Shown here one piece after another: positions 49,021-58,412 of a stretch of DNA of 64,000 nucleotides. The DNA comes from Longimicrobiales bacterium. GTDB lineage: Bacteria > Gemmatimonadota > Gemmatimonadetes > Longimicrobiales > Gaopeijiaceae. Numbering within the stretch: the first letter of the stretch is position 1; every line of letters begins with the position of its first letter. Location: positions 564,751 to 628,750 of the forward strand of contig JAWLHJ010000002.1 of the NCBI GenBank assembly GCA_041690395.1. The letters run 5' to 3'. A program made the position numbers and the translations under genes. Below the pieces are notes generated by a model, which did no database searches, had not been told where the DNA came from, and saw only the letters and a program-made list of their open reading frames with translations.

Positions 49021-49908
49021 ATGACCCGCAAGCTCGACAAGATCCTCATCGGCATCGACCTCACACCTGCGTCCCTGGACGGCGCGGCCTGGACCGCCCG
49101 GACGTTCGTCCCGAACTCGCGCCTGACCCTGGCGCACGTGCTCGAGACCCGGCCGATCCTGAGCTTCTTCTCCCCGTCCGAGGCGGAGCGCAAGACGGAG
49201 CAGATCCGGGCCGACGTGGACGAGCGCCTCGGGAAGCTCCGGTCCGACTTCGGGGCCGCCCGGGTCGCGGTACGCTTCTCCGACGGATCGCCCGGGATCG
49301 AGCTGGCGAAGCTCGCCGAAGAGCTGGATGTCGACGCGATCTCCATCGGCGCGGAGCGGGAGGGCATGGCGGGCGGCCTGTTGGGCAGCATCGTGTCGAC
49401 GCTGCTCGGGCATGCGACGGTCCCGGTGCTCATCGCCCACGACGTTCCCGACCACGCGCCCCGCAGGATCCTCGTCGCCGTGGGCGACCCCGAGGGCGCA
49501 CGATCGGTCCTGGCGTGGGCGGACGCCCTCGCCGAACGCTTCGACGCGAGCGGCGTGGTCGCCACCGCGGTCGAGCCACCTGGGATTCCCGTGGACCAGA
49601 CGCTCTTCGCGTCCGAGGAGGAATACCGGAGTGCCCGGAGTGATGTCATGGAGCGCGCGCGGAAGCGCGTCGCACAGGAGATGGAAGCGGCAGGCGTCGA
49701 CCTCGACCGCTTCACCGCGGAAGCCAGGTACGGGCGCCCGGAGGAGGAGATCGTGTCGGTCGCCCGCGAGATGGGCGCGGACCTGATCGTCCTCGGAACA
49801 CGGGGCTTCACCCACGGGCATGCCCTGATGGTCGGAAGCGTCTCGCGGAGGGTCATCGAGGCGTCGCAATGTCCGGTGTTCGTCGTCCCGCCGGACTCAC
49901 GTCCGTGA
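49021..49908 (+). CDS. universal stress protein (tandem USP domains)
   Basis: KILIGID, GLLGSI, RILVAV, DLIVLGTRG, VGSVS. Confidence 0.9.
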   Translation: MTRKLDKILIGIDLTPASLDGAAWTARTFVPNSRLTLAHVLETRPILSFFSPSEAERKTEQIRADVDERLGKLRSDFGAARVAVRFSDGSPGIELAKLAEELDVDAISIGAEREGMAGGLLGSIVSTLLGHATVPVLIAHDVPDHAPRRILVAVGDPEGARSVLAWADALAERFDASGVVATAVEPPGIPVDQTLFASEEEYRSARSDVMERARKRVAQEMEAAGVDLDRFTAEARYGRPEEEIVSVAREMGADLIVLGTRGFTHGHALMVGSVSRRVIEASQCPVFVVPPDSRP

Positions 49909-50813
49909 CCCGGGCCGCGGGAGGGACGCGGCACGTGCTCGTGGCGGGCTGCGGGTACGTGGGGGGCGCTCTCGCGAGCATGCTCGTCGACGACGGGGAC
50001 CGGGTCACGGGGCTGAAGCGGAGCCCCGGCGGGCTGGAGCCGGGCGTCGAGCGGCTCGCCGCGGACGTGCTCGAGCCGGCCAGCCTCGCCGGCGTCCCGA
50101 AGCACCCCGATGCCGTCGTGTACGCCGTCTCCCCTGCCGGGCGTGGCGGACCCGCGTACCGGAACGCCTACGTGCACGGGCTCGAGAACGTCCTGCGCGC
50201 ATGCTCCACCCCGGACGAGCCCTTCCGGGGCCGCCTCGTTCTCGTCTCCAGCACCGGCGTCTACGGAGAGTCGGAGGGAGCATGGGTCGACGAGGAGACG
50301 GCGCCCGACCCCGCCGACGAGACCGGCGTGGCCCTGCTCGAGGGGGAGACGCTCGCCCGGACGTTCGGAGGAACCGGCATCGTGCTGAGGCTCGGGGGGA
50401 TCTACGGGCCGGGGCGCGACCGCACGGTCCGGACCGTCGCGAACGGCGAAGCCCGCTGCCCGGAGCCCGGCCGCTTCGGGAACCGCATCCACCGGGACGA
50501 CGCCGCGGCCGCCGCACGGCATCTCCTGTCGCTCGACCATCCGGACGAAGTCTACGTCGGTGTGGACCGGGACCCCGCCCCGCTCAGGGACGTCTACCGC
50601 TGGATCGCAGGACGGCTGCGCGTGCCCGATCCGTGCGCGCCCGCCGGGGCCGAGGCCGCGGCACCCGACGGCGGCTCCTCGGGAAGCACCCGGCGGCGGT
50701 CCAACAAGCGGTGCTCGAGCGACCGCCTCGTGGCCTCGGGCTTCGCCTTCCGGTACCCGACCTTCCGCGAAGGCTATACGCCGTTCATCGAGGCGATCCT
50801 CGAGAGTCGCTGA
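49905..50813 (+). CDS. NAD-dependent epimerase/SDR (YeeZ-like)
   Basis: VAGCGYVG, SSTGVYG, RLGGIYGPGR, NRIHRDD; GTGA overlap. Confidence 0.88.
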   Translation: MTRAAGGTRHVLVAGCGYVGGALASMLVDDGDRVTGLKRSPGGLEPGVERLAADVLEPASLAGVPKHPDAVVYAVSPAGRGGPAYRNAYVHGLENVLRACSTPDEPFRGRLVLVSSTGVYGESEGAWVDEETAPDPADETGVALLEGETLARTFGGTGIVLRLGGIYGPGRDRTVRTVANGEARCPEPGRFGNRIHRDDAAAAARHLLSLDHPDEVYVGVDRDPAPLRDVYRWIAGRLRVPDPCAPAGAEAAAPDGGSSGSTRRRSNKRCSSDRLVASGFAFRYPTFREGYTPFIEAILESR

Positions 50814-50822
50814 CGCGCCTCC

Positions 50823-52019
50823 TCAGAACCGCCCGCTGAACAAGGTGAAGCGCAGGCCTGGTCTGAGTCGCTCACGCCCGGTCGCGTCCGGCACGCGGAC
50901 CACGGTCGGCTGGGGCGTGGGGATCCCGGCGGACCAGTCGTCCCCGTCGAACCGGAGGAGCGCCTCCGCCCCGGCCTCGCCTCCAGGCACCCCCGCCCCG
51001 GACGCTCGGTCGTAGTCGCGGGTCAGGTGCGCGGCCGTTCCGAGACCACCCAGGCTGAGCAAGAACGGAATCCCCACCGCGACCTTATCGTCGTCCGGTT
51101 GGATCATCAGGTCGAGCCCAACGCCGGCCAGCCCCCCGAGCAGGGCGCCCAGGCCGATGAGCCTCACTCGATTGCGGCTCAGGCCGAAGCGATCGGCCGC
51201 CCACGCACCTCCGACGAGGCCCGCGTTTCCCGCGAGGAGGGTGAGGGCCCATACGTTGTCGTCCTCCTCCACCCCCGACAGCGTGGAGCCGGCCAGCCCC
51301 ACCCAGCTGCCCCAGATCGACCCGTAGTGGGCGGCTTGGGCTACGCCCGCGTCGATCTCCCGGCGCGACAGGATTCCGCCCACGACGACGCCGACCAGCC
51401 CGCCCGCGATCATCGACGCGAACTGTTCCTCGGTCCGGTCGCCGCCGTCGAAACAGACATCTCCCGAGCAGAACTCCTCCGTCCCCACGTCGAACACCTC
51501 CCCCCACCCGAGCCCCTGGTAGGTCCCCCAGGTGCCGCCCCACGTGATCGCCCGGGTCTGACCTTCGGTGAGCGAGCGCGAGCGGGTGACCGCCCGCGCC
51601 GCCAGGAACCCGGCCGGTGCGCCGAGCAGGATGCCCGCGCCGTAGGCTTCCGTGTCGTCCGCGCTCAGGGCGGTGGGCACCGCAACGCCAAGCCACAGGC
51701 CGTACAACGTCCCCCAGACCTGGAGTTCCACACGCCCGCTCCGGTCGGGCTCGGCGGCACGCCATCTCACGAGGGCGGCCCGGGCGTCGGCCGCCGCGGG
51801 CGTCACTCCGAACTGCTCCACGATGTAGGCGTAGAGCGCCTCCGCGACGTCACCCTGCCCCCTCGCCTCGAAGTCGCGCGCCGTCTCGAGAAGCACGGCC
51901 GCGGAGTCGGCCGCGGCGGGCACCTGAGCGGACAGCCCGCACGGCGCGAGCAGGAGGAGCGCGGCGACCAACGCGGCGGCCAGGGGCTGGCAGGGGCGTC
52001 GACCATGAAGCGATGGCAT
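50823..52019 (-). CDS. hypothetical exported/membrane protein
   Basis: Signal peptide, TPR-like helix pair, repeated Gly-rich hydrophobic helices, C-terminal Phe. Confidence 0.7.
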   Translation of the reverse strand: MPSLHGRRPCQPLAAALVAALLLLAPCGLSAQVPAAADSAAVLLETARDFEARGQGDVAEALYAYIVEQFGVTPAAADARAALVRWRAAEPDRSGRVELQVWGTLYGLWLGVAVPTALSADDTEAYGAGILLGAPAGFLAARAVTRSRSLTEGQTRAITWGGTWGTYQGLGWGEVFDVGTEEFCSGDVCFDGGDRTEEQFASMIAGGLVGVVVGGILSRREIDAGVAQAAHYGSIWGSWVGLAGSTLSGVEEDDNVWALTLLAGNAGLVGGAWAADRFGLSRNRVRLIGLGALLGGLAGVGLDLMIQPDDDKVAVGIPFLLSLGGLGTAAHLTRDYDRASGAGVPGGEAGAEALLRFDGDDWSAGIPTPQPTVVRVPDATGRERLRPGLRFTLFSGRF

Positions 52020-52225
52020 GGAAGGTCTCTGTGGTGGGGGCGCGCGAGGGCCGTGGCGGATTCGCCGCAGCGGGTTGGTACCCGGCGGCTCCGCTCCGGT
52101 TGCCGGAAGTCCCGCCTGCCGGGATGTCCGTGGCCGTTCCGGCTCTGGACGAACGACCCGCAAGCGGTGATCGTGACGGCTCGCGCGGCGTCGGCCGCGG
52201 GATCCACAGCGAAGGAGAGGGGACG

Positions 52226-54454
52226 ATGGGGAACGGGGACAGGGTGGAAGCGCCGCGGACGGGCACCACGAGGTTCGGGAAGCACCCGGAGGTCGCGCGC
52301 CTCGCATGCGCCCTGGCCGTGGTCGCGCTGGTGACGGCTCCGGCCGCCACGCTGGCCCAGGAGGCGACCGACCCCGCCCGGACGGCGACGGCAGTCCGGG
52401 TTCCGACCCCACCCGTCATCGACGGTGTCCTCGACGACGACGCCTGGGCCCTCATCGAGCCCATCACCGACTTCCGGCAGCGGGAGCCGGTCGACGGGGG
52501 CGATCCCACGGAGCGCACCGAGGTCCGGATCGGATACGACGAGACCCACCTGTACTTCGGGCTGATGCTGCACGACTCCGACCCGGAAGCCATCCGGCGG
52601 AGCATCCTCCACCGGGAGGGCCGCATCGACCAGGACGACCACTTCTGGATCGTGCTCGACACGTACCACGACCGGCGCAACGGCTACATCTTCGAGATCA
52701 ACCCGTTCGGCACGCAGGGCGACGCGCTCTTCAGCGACGAGAGCATGGCTCTCGACGACTGGAACTGGGAAGGCGTCTACGAGAGCGAGGCCCGGATCAC
52801 CGACGAGGGCTGGGTGGCCGAGGTCGCCATCCCGTTCACGACCATCCGGTTCTCCGAGGCCGAGGCGCCGACGATGGGGATCGCCATCCGGCGCGCCATC
52901 AGGCGCAAGAACGAGGAAGTGTTCTGGCCGCACATCCCGCAGCGGTACCGGAGCGGCATCACCCAGGTGTCGCAGTTCGCGACCCTGGACGGCCTCCAGG
53001 ACCTCCGGCGGGGCCGGCACATGGAGCTCAAGCCGTTCGTGATCGGTGGCGTGCAGAAGCACGCGCCCTCCACGGAGACGGACGTGCTCCGGGACGTCGG
53101 GCTCGACTTCAAGTACGGCATCACGTCCAATCTCACCATGGACCTGACCTGGAACACCGACTTCGCTCAGGTGGAATCCGACAACGTCCAGATCAACCTC
53201 ACCCGCTTCAACCTCTTCTTCCCCGAGAAGCGGGAGTTCTTCCTGGAGCGCGCGGGGCTGTTCGCGTTCGGCAACGCGCGCGACACCGAGCTCTTCTTCA
53301 GCCGCCGCATCGGGCTCACGAGCGAGATCGTCGGCGGCGGCCGCGTGACCGGGCAGATGGGCAAGCTCTCCATCGGCGCCCTCAGCCTCCAGACCGAGGA
53401 AACTACCCTCGGCGAGGTGACGGCGGCCGGCGCCAACCACTCGGTGGTGCGGCTCAAGGCCGACGTCCTTCCGCGGAGCACCATCGGAGGGATCTTCACG
53501 AACCTGCAGGGCGGCGGGGGCTACAACCGCTCGGCCGGCGCGGACGCCCAGCTCCGCTTCTGGGGGAGCAGCTCGCTGGACGCGTGGGCGGCCGGCGTGT
53601 GGGACGACGAGCGCGACGTGGCGGGCGCCGGGAGCGTGGCGCTCCAGATCCGTCCGAGCCGCTCGTGGTCGGCGGGGGCGGATTTCCTGAGCGTGGGCGC
53701 CGCCTTCCAGCCGGACCTCGGCTTCGTCCGGCGTCGCGACATGGTCCAGCTCGGCGGCAACGTCGCCTGGACCCCGCGGTTCGAGCAGAGCACCTGGGCG
53801 CGCTCGCTCGTGATGTCGCTCGGCGGCGACGTCACCGACGGGCAGGACGGGGCGCGCCAGTCGTCGAGCCAGCTCCTGCACAACATGCTGAGCTTCCAGG
53901 CGGGAGGCTTCGCGTCGCTCAACGTGCGGCGCCAGTTCGAGCGGCTCGAGGACGCGGCGAGCATCCAGGGCCGCACGCTGGCCGCCGGGGACTACACCTT
54001 CACCTCGGTCGACGCGTCGTTCCGCACCGATCAGAGCCGCACGCTGTCGGGCAACGCCTCCCTCCGGCTCGGCGACTTCTGGAACGGCACGCGCACGGAG
54101 TACGGCGGCGGCCTGATGTGGAAGACCGGGCCCTACCTCACGCTCACCGGCTCGGCCACCCGCAATGATATCGACCTGCCGGTGCCCGACGGGACCTTCA
54201 GCACGAATCTGCTGAGTCTCGACGTGCTCGGCGCCGTGTCCCGCTCGCTGTTCGCCAACGCCCTGGTCCAATGGGACGACGTGTCGCGAGCGCTGCAGGC
54301 CAGCATCCGCATCAACTGGATCCACACGCCGGGCTCGGACCTCTTCCTGGTGCTGGACACCGGCTATCTGACCGGAGATCTGCTCGACCCGCGGGATTCC
54401 CGCTGGCTCCGCAGGACCGGCGTCGTGAAGGTGACCTTCATGCGGGCGTTCTGA
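52226..54454 (+). CDS. CBM9-like + DUF5916 exported protein
   Basis: IDGVLDD..W, GWVAEVAIPF, NTDFAQVESD, FFPEKREFFLE, FFSRRIG; GAAGGAG RBS. Confidence 0.87.
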   Translation: MGNGDRVEAPRTGTTRFGKHPEVARLACALAVVALVTAPAATLAQEATDPARTATAVRVPTPPVIDGVLDDDAWALIEPITDFRQREPVDGGDPTERTEVRIGYDETHLYFGLMLHDSDPEAIRRSILHREGRIDQDDHFWIVLDTYHDRRNGYIFEINPFGTQGDALFSDESMALDDWNWEGVYESEARITDEGWVAEVAIPFTTIRFSEAEAPTMGIAIRRAIRRKNEEVFWPHIPQRYRSGITQVSQFATLDGLQDLRRGRHMELKPFVIGGVQKHAPSTETDVLRDVGLDFKYGITSNLTMDLTWNTDFAQVESDNVQINLTRFNLFFPEKREFFLERAGLFAFGNARDTELFFSRRIGLTSEIVGGGRVTGQMGKLSIGALSLQTEETTLGEVTAAGANHSVVRLKADVLPRSTIGGIFTNLQGGGGYNRSAGADAQLRFWGSSSLDAWAAGVWDDERDVAGAGSVALQIRPSRSWSAGADFLSVGAAFQPDLGFVRRRDMVQLGGNVAWTPRFEQSTWARSLVMSLGGDVTDGQDGARQSSSQLLHNMLSFQAGGFASLNVRRQFERLEDAASIQGRTLAAGDYTFTSVDASFRTDQSRTLSGNASLRLGDFWNGTRTEYGGGLMWKTGPYLTLTGSATRNDIDLPVPDGTFSTNLLSLDVLGAVSRSLFANALVQWDDVSRALQASIRINWIHTPGSDLFLVLDTGYLTGDLLDPRDSRWLRRTGVVKVTFMRAF

Positions 54455-54611
54455 CGGGACGGGGGTGGCTGCGCCGGCCCGACCACCCCCTGCCCTGGCG
54501 GTCCGCGCTTCGCACCGCCATTCTGCCCACGACAGGGGTGGGCCGGAACGGGTCCGCCCGACCGGACACCCGGGCGGCTTCCGAACGCGTAGCGCCCATC
54601 AGGAGAACCCC

Positions 54612-56372
54612 ATGCGTACGATCCGAATCTCCGGCGCCCTGCTGATCGCGGGTAGCCTGCTCGCCCACGCTCCTCTCGCCGCGCAGTCCCAACAGGCGTC
54701 ACGCTCCATGGGCGGCGGCGACTGCGAGGAGAACGTCTACAACTGCGCGGACACCCCGAACCCGCTACCGGCGGCCAATACCGTCTGGGTCGAGGAGATG
54801 ACCTGGATGGACGTCCGTGACGCGCTGGCGTCGGGCACGGAGACCGTCATCATCCCGACGGGCGGCGTGGAGCCGAACGGCCCGTGGCTCGTGACCGGCA
54901 AGCACAACTACGTGCTGCGCGCCAACTGCGACGCCATCGCCCGCGAGCTCGGCGACGCGCTGTGCGCCCCGATCGTGAAGCTGGTCCCCGAGGGATCGAT
55001 CGACCCGCCGTCCAGCCACATGACGAGCCCCGGCACCCTGTCCGCCACGCAGGAGACGTACGAGGCGCTCCTCACCGACATCGCGCACAGCTTCAAGATG
55101 CACGGCTTCCGCAACATCGTCTTCATCGGCGACAGCGGCGGGAACCAGGCCGGCCAGCGCAACGTCGCCGAGCGGCTGAACGCCATGTGGGACGGCACCG
55201 TGGTGGCGCACGTCCAGGAGTACTACGACTACGCCAGCGTCGACCGGTACATGACCTTCCGCGGCTTCGAGCAGGGTGAGAGCGACGGGCTTCACGACGA
55301 CCCGATCATCACCCTCAACATGCTCGTGGACGACCCCGCTTCGGTGCGCTGGGACGAGCGGGTCGCCGCCGGTCACGCGAGCATCAACGGCGTCTCCATC
55401 GCCGACCGGGTCCAGGCGCTCGAATGGGGCCGGGAGATCGTCGACTTCCGCGCCAGGGAGACGTCACGCCACATCCGGAACGCCATCGCGTACCGCGGCA
55501 CGATTCCTCCGGCCCCGCGTGAGCGGCCGGCCGGGGGTGGCGGCTTCCAGCGCACCGAGCCGCACCCGAACTCCATGGGGGGCGGAGACTGCAACGCGAA
55601 CGAGTACAACTGCGCGGACACCCCGAACCCGCTCCCGCCCGCGAGCACCGTCTGGATCGAGGAGATGACCTGGATGGACGTCCGCGACGCGCTGGCGGAC
55701 GGGAAGACCACGGCCATCATCGCCACCGGCGGCGTGGAGCCGAACGGCCCGTGGCTCGCGACCGGAAAGCATCAGTACGTGCTGCACGCCAACTGTGAGG
55801 CGATCGCCCGTGAGCTGGGCAATGCACTCTGCGCGCCGCTGGTTCCGTTCGTGCCCGAAGGCGGTATCGAGCCGCCCACCGGCCACATGACCAGCCCCGG
55901 CACCATCAGCCTCCGGCAGGAGACGTTCGAGGCGATGCTCACCGACATGGCGAGGAGCCTGCAGGTACACGGCTTCGAAAACGTCGTCTTCATCGGCGAC
56001 AGCGGCGGCAACCAGAGCGGCATGCGGAACGTCGCGGAGCGGCTCGACGCGGCCTGGGGCGGAGCAGCCTCGGCGCACTTCATCCCCGAGTACTACGACT
56101 ACGCGACGGTCGCCGAGCACATGCGCGGCCAGGGGCTCGTGCCGGGCGAGAGCGACAACATGCACGACGATCCGGTGATCACGCTCAACATGTTCATCAC
56201 GGATCCCTACTCGGTGCGCTACGAGGAGCGGCTGAAGACGCGCCAGGCGCATATCAACGGCTTCTCGATCGCGGACCGGGAGGAAGCGCTCCGCCTCGCC
56301 CGCGAGATCGTCGACTTCCGCGCGGGAGTCACGTCCGACGCCATCCGCCGGAGCATCGGCGCCACCAACTGA
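54612..56372 (+). CDS. secreted protein with two tandem creatininase-family domains
   Basis: AGGAG RBS, signal peptide; EEMTWMDV, GGVEPNGP, PGT, GDSGGN each occur twice. Confidence 0.85.
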   Translation: MRTIRISGALLIAGSLLAHAPLAAQSQQASRSMGGGDCEENVYNCADTPNPLPAANTVWVEEMTWMDVRDALASGTETVIIPTGGVEPNGPWLVTGKHNYVLRANCDAIARELGDALCAPIVKLVPEGSIDPPSSHMTSPGTLSATQETYEALLTDIAHSFKMHGFRNIVFIGDSGGNQAGQRNVAERLNAMWDGTVVAHVQEYYDYASVDRYMTFRGFEQGESDGLHDDPIITLNMLVDDPASVRWDERVAAGHASINGVSIADRVQALEWGREIVDFRARETSRHIRNAIAYRGTIPPAPRERPAGGGGFQRTEPHPNSMGGGDCNANEYNCADTPNPLPPASTVWIEEMTWMDVRDALADGKTTAIIATGGVEPNGPWLATGKHQYVLHANCEAIARELGNALCAPLVPFVPEGGIEPPTGHMTSPGTISLRQETFEAMLTDMARSLQVHGFENVVFIGDSGGNQSGMRNVAERLDAAWGGAASAHFIPEYYDYATVAEHMRGQGLVPGESDNMHDDPVITLNMFITDPYSVRYEERLKTRQAHINGFSIADREEALRLAREIVDFRAGVTSDAIRRSIGATN

Positions 56373-56491
56373 GCGGTGCGGCGGCGGGGCGAGGTCGTCC
56401 CGCCGCCGCGTCCGGGGTTGGACCGGAGCGCCCGGGACGAAGACCGGAGCGCGGTACAGGCGCCCCGGGGCGCCCGGCCGGCGACCACTCC

Positions 56492-57109
56492 TCAGGGTGC
56501 CGGCCGCACCCCCATGACCCGGATCGTGGCCCCGTCCACGCAAGCGCTCTCGTCCACGTACTCGGCCTCCAGGACGACCTGCTGGCCCGCGCGGAGCCGG
56601 GAGATCGACCCCACCAGCTCGTAGGCGTAGCCGTCCACGTCCTCGAACGTCGCACACGCCCCGGAGTTGGACAGCACCTGGCCCGTCCGCTCGATCCGCC
56701 CGCGCTCGTCGGTGACGTGGAACGGCCTCGACATCGCGATCGGGCTGAAGATCGCGTTGAAGGCGACGAAGACGATGGGACGCTGCCAGCTGACCGCTTC
56801 CGGCACCGGAAGCGTCACCGCGATCTCCCCGAGCCCGAGCTGCGTCGCCTCGAAGAGGGCCTCGAAGCCGGAGCGCGTCGCGCCCACGCCGACATGGAAC
56901 TTCGCCTCGAGCGGCATGTTGTCCGAGTAGACCTCGACCGGCGTCCCGACCGGACCGCTCCTGGGCGTGATCGACTGGATCTGGAGGAGCGAGTCGACCG
57001 GCTCGATGCGCTGCTGCGCCTCGACCGCGGCGGGGGAAAGCGCGGCCATCACGACCCCGATCAAGGTGGTCCCCAGCGCCCACCGGCGCACCGCTTCGAG
57101 CTGGCCCAT
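56492..57109 (-). CDS. hypothetical exported protein
   Basis: GGGAG RBS, signal peptide (VEA-Q), Ig-like start ITPRSGPVGT, Cys pair. Confidence 0.7.
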   Translation of the reverse strand: MGQLEAVRRWALGTTLIGVVMAALSPAAVEAQQRIEPVDSLLQIQSITPRSGPVGTPVEVYSDNMPLEAKFHVGVGATRSGFEALFEATQLGLGEIAVTLPVPEAVSWQRPIVFVAFNAIFSPIAMSRPFHVTDERGRIERTGQVLSNSGACATFEDVDGYAYELVGSISRLRAGQQVVLEAEYVDESACVDGATIRVMGVRPAP

Positions 57110-57303
57110 CGTCTCGCGCTCCCTCGGCCGTGCACGCTGCCCGTCCCGTCGAGCGGCCGGAGATCCGACGGGGGCACCCCGGAATCTTCCATGAAGACCG
57201 GGCCCCGCACCAGGGGTGCTGGCGGCCGGAGGGCGGGTCGGTCCGTCACCTGCCCCCGCGGCCGTGCCCTCACCCCTCCGGCCGCCCGCACCGGACGGTC
57301 ACG

Positions 57304-58152
57304 TCATCCCACCGGGTGCTGCTTCGCGAACTCGAAGTAGAGCTCCTTGGCCCGGTCCCCGACTGGCCCCCGACCGATCTCGCGGTCCTCGAGCTTCACG
57401 CAGGGCACGACCTTACCGTAGTTCCCCGTGCTGAAGATCTCGTCGGCCGCCATGAGCTCCGGCCAGGTGATGCGCGTCTCCACGACCTCCACGCCGTCTT
57501 CCCTGAGCAGACCCTGCACGCGCTGCTTGGTGATCCCGTTCAGGAACGTTCCGTTCGGCGACGGCGTGTAGGCCACGCCGTCCTTCACCATGAACAGATT
57601 CGACGTCGCGAACTCGGCCACGTTGCCGTTCAGATCCAGCTTCACGGCGTTGTCGAAGCCACGGTCCCGCGCCTCGGCGAGCGCACGAGCCACGTTCGGA
57701 TAAAGCGCGGAGGCCTTCGCGTCGGTGACCGCCGTCTCGGGGGATGGCCGGCGGAACGTCGACCGGCACGCGCTGAAGCCGCTGTCGTCGGGCATCGGGA
57801 GCTCGTGGACGACCAGCGCGAACCGTGCGCTGTCCGGCTCCGGAATGATGAAGCCGCCCTCCCCGAAGAACATCGGCCGGATGTAGAGCGCCGTGCCGGC
57901 TGGAAACTTCTTCACGCCCTCCCGGGCCAGCGCCACGATCTCCTCCACCCGCTCCTTCGGCTCGAGCCCCATCTTCCGCGCCGAGTCGATGGCGCGCGCG
58001 GCGTGCAGGTCGAGGTCCGGCGCGAGGCCGTCGAAGGCGCGCGCTCCGTCGAAGACGATCGAGGCGAGCCATACGGCCTGGGTCGTGGATCCGATGAGGG
58101 GAACGTTGCCGGATTGCCACTCGCCGTCGAAGAAGGTCCAGGCAGCACTCAT
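57304..58152 (-). CDS. ilvE: class IV PLP aminotransferase, probably branched-chain amino acid aminotransferase
   Basis: VFDGARAF, YIRP, AKASALY, EFATSNLF, FLNGIT, ADEIFSTGN; ILV-rich attenuator upstream. Confidence 0.85.
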   Translation of the reverse strand: MSAAWTFFDGEWQSGNVPLIGSTTQAVWLASIVFDGARAFDGLAPDLDLHAARAIDSARKMGLEPKERVEEIVALAREGVKKFPAGTALYIRPMFFGEGGFIIPEPDSARFALVVHELPMPDDSGFSACRSTFRRPSPETAVTDAKASALYPNVARALAEARDRGFDNAVKLDLNGNVAEFATSNLFMVKDGVAYTPSPNGTFLNGITKQRVQGLLREDGVEVVETRITWPELMAADEIFSTGNYGKVVPCVKLEDREIGRGPVGDRAKELYFEFAKQHPVG

Positions 58153-58173
58153 GATGTTGGTCTCCCGTGGGTG

Positions 58174-58209
58174 AAAAAAAACGGGACCCCTCGAGGAAGA
58201 GGGGTCCCG
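58174..58209 (-). terminator. attenuator terminator in the aminotransferase leader
   Basis: CGGGACCCCTC-TTCCTC-GAGGGGTCCCG followed by 8 T, ending 21 nt before the ATG. Confidence 0.9.
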
Positions 58210-58236
58210 GTGTCGCGAGCTGTGTGGAGGCGACGT

Positions 58237-58365
58237 CTACGCGCGCGCTCCCCTGCCGCGACCCCTCCCCTCACGGGTGAGCTCTACTACCGGGAGCTCC
58301 GTCCGTACGAGATCGAGGTCGCTGATAAGGCCCAAGAGCACGATGTCCATGGCGTGGTGCGTCAT
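58237..58365 (-). CDS. Ile/Leu/Val-rich leader peptide (42 aa; alternative start 58350)
   Basis: MTHHAMDIVLLGLISDLDLVRTELPVVELTREGRGRGRGARA*; 13 I/L/V codons within positions 8-29. Confidence 0.78.
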   Translation of the reverse strand: MTHHAMDIVLLGLISDLDLVRTELPVVELTREGRGRGRGARA

Positions 58366-58372
58366 GCCGGAG

Positions 58373-58401
58373 ATAAGACACCGCCCCACCCCGGATGTCA
58401 A
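58373..58401 (-). promoter_or_regulatory. sigma70-type promoter for leader and aminotransferase
   Basis: TTGACA-N17-TCTTAT, then 7 nt, then the leader ATG. Confidence 0.65.
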
Positions 58402-58412
58402 GCCGGAGTGAT

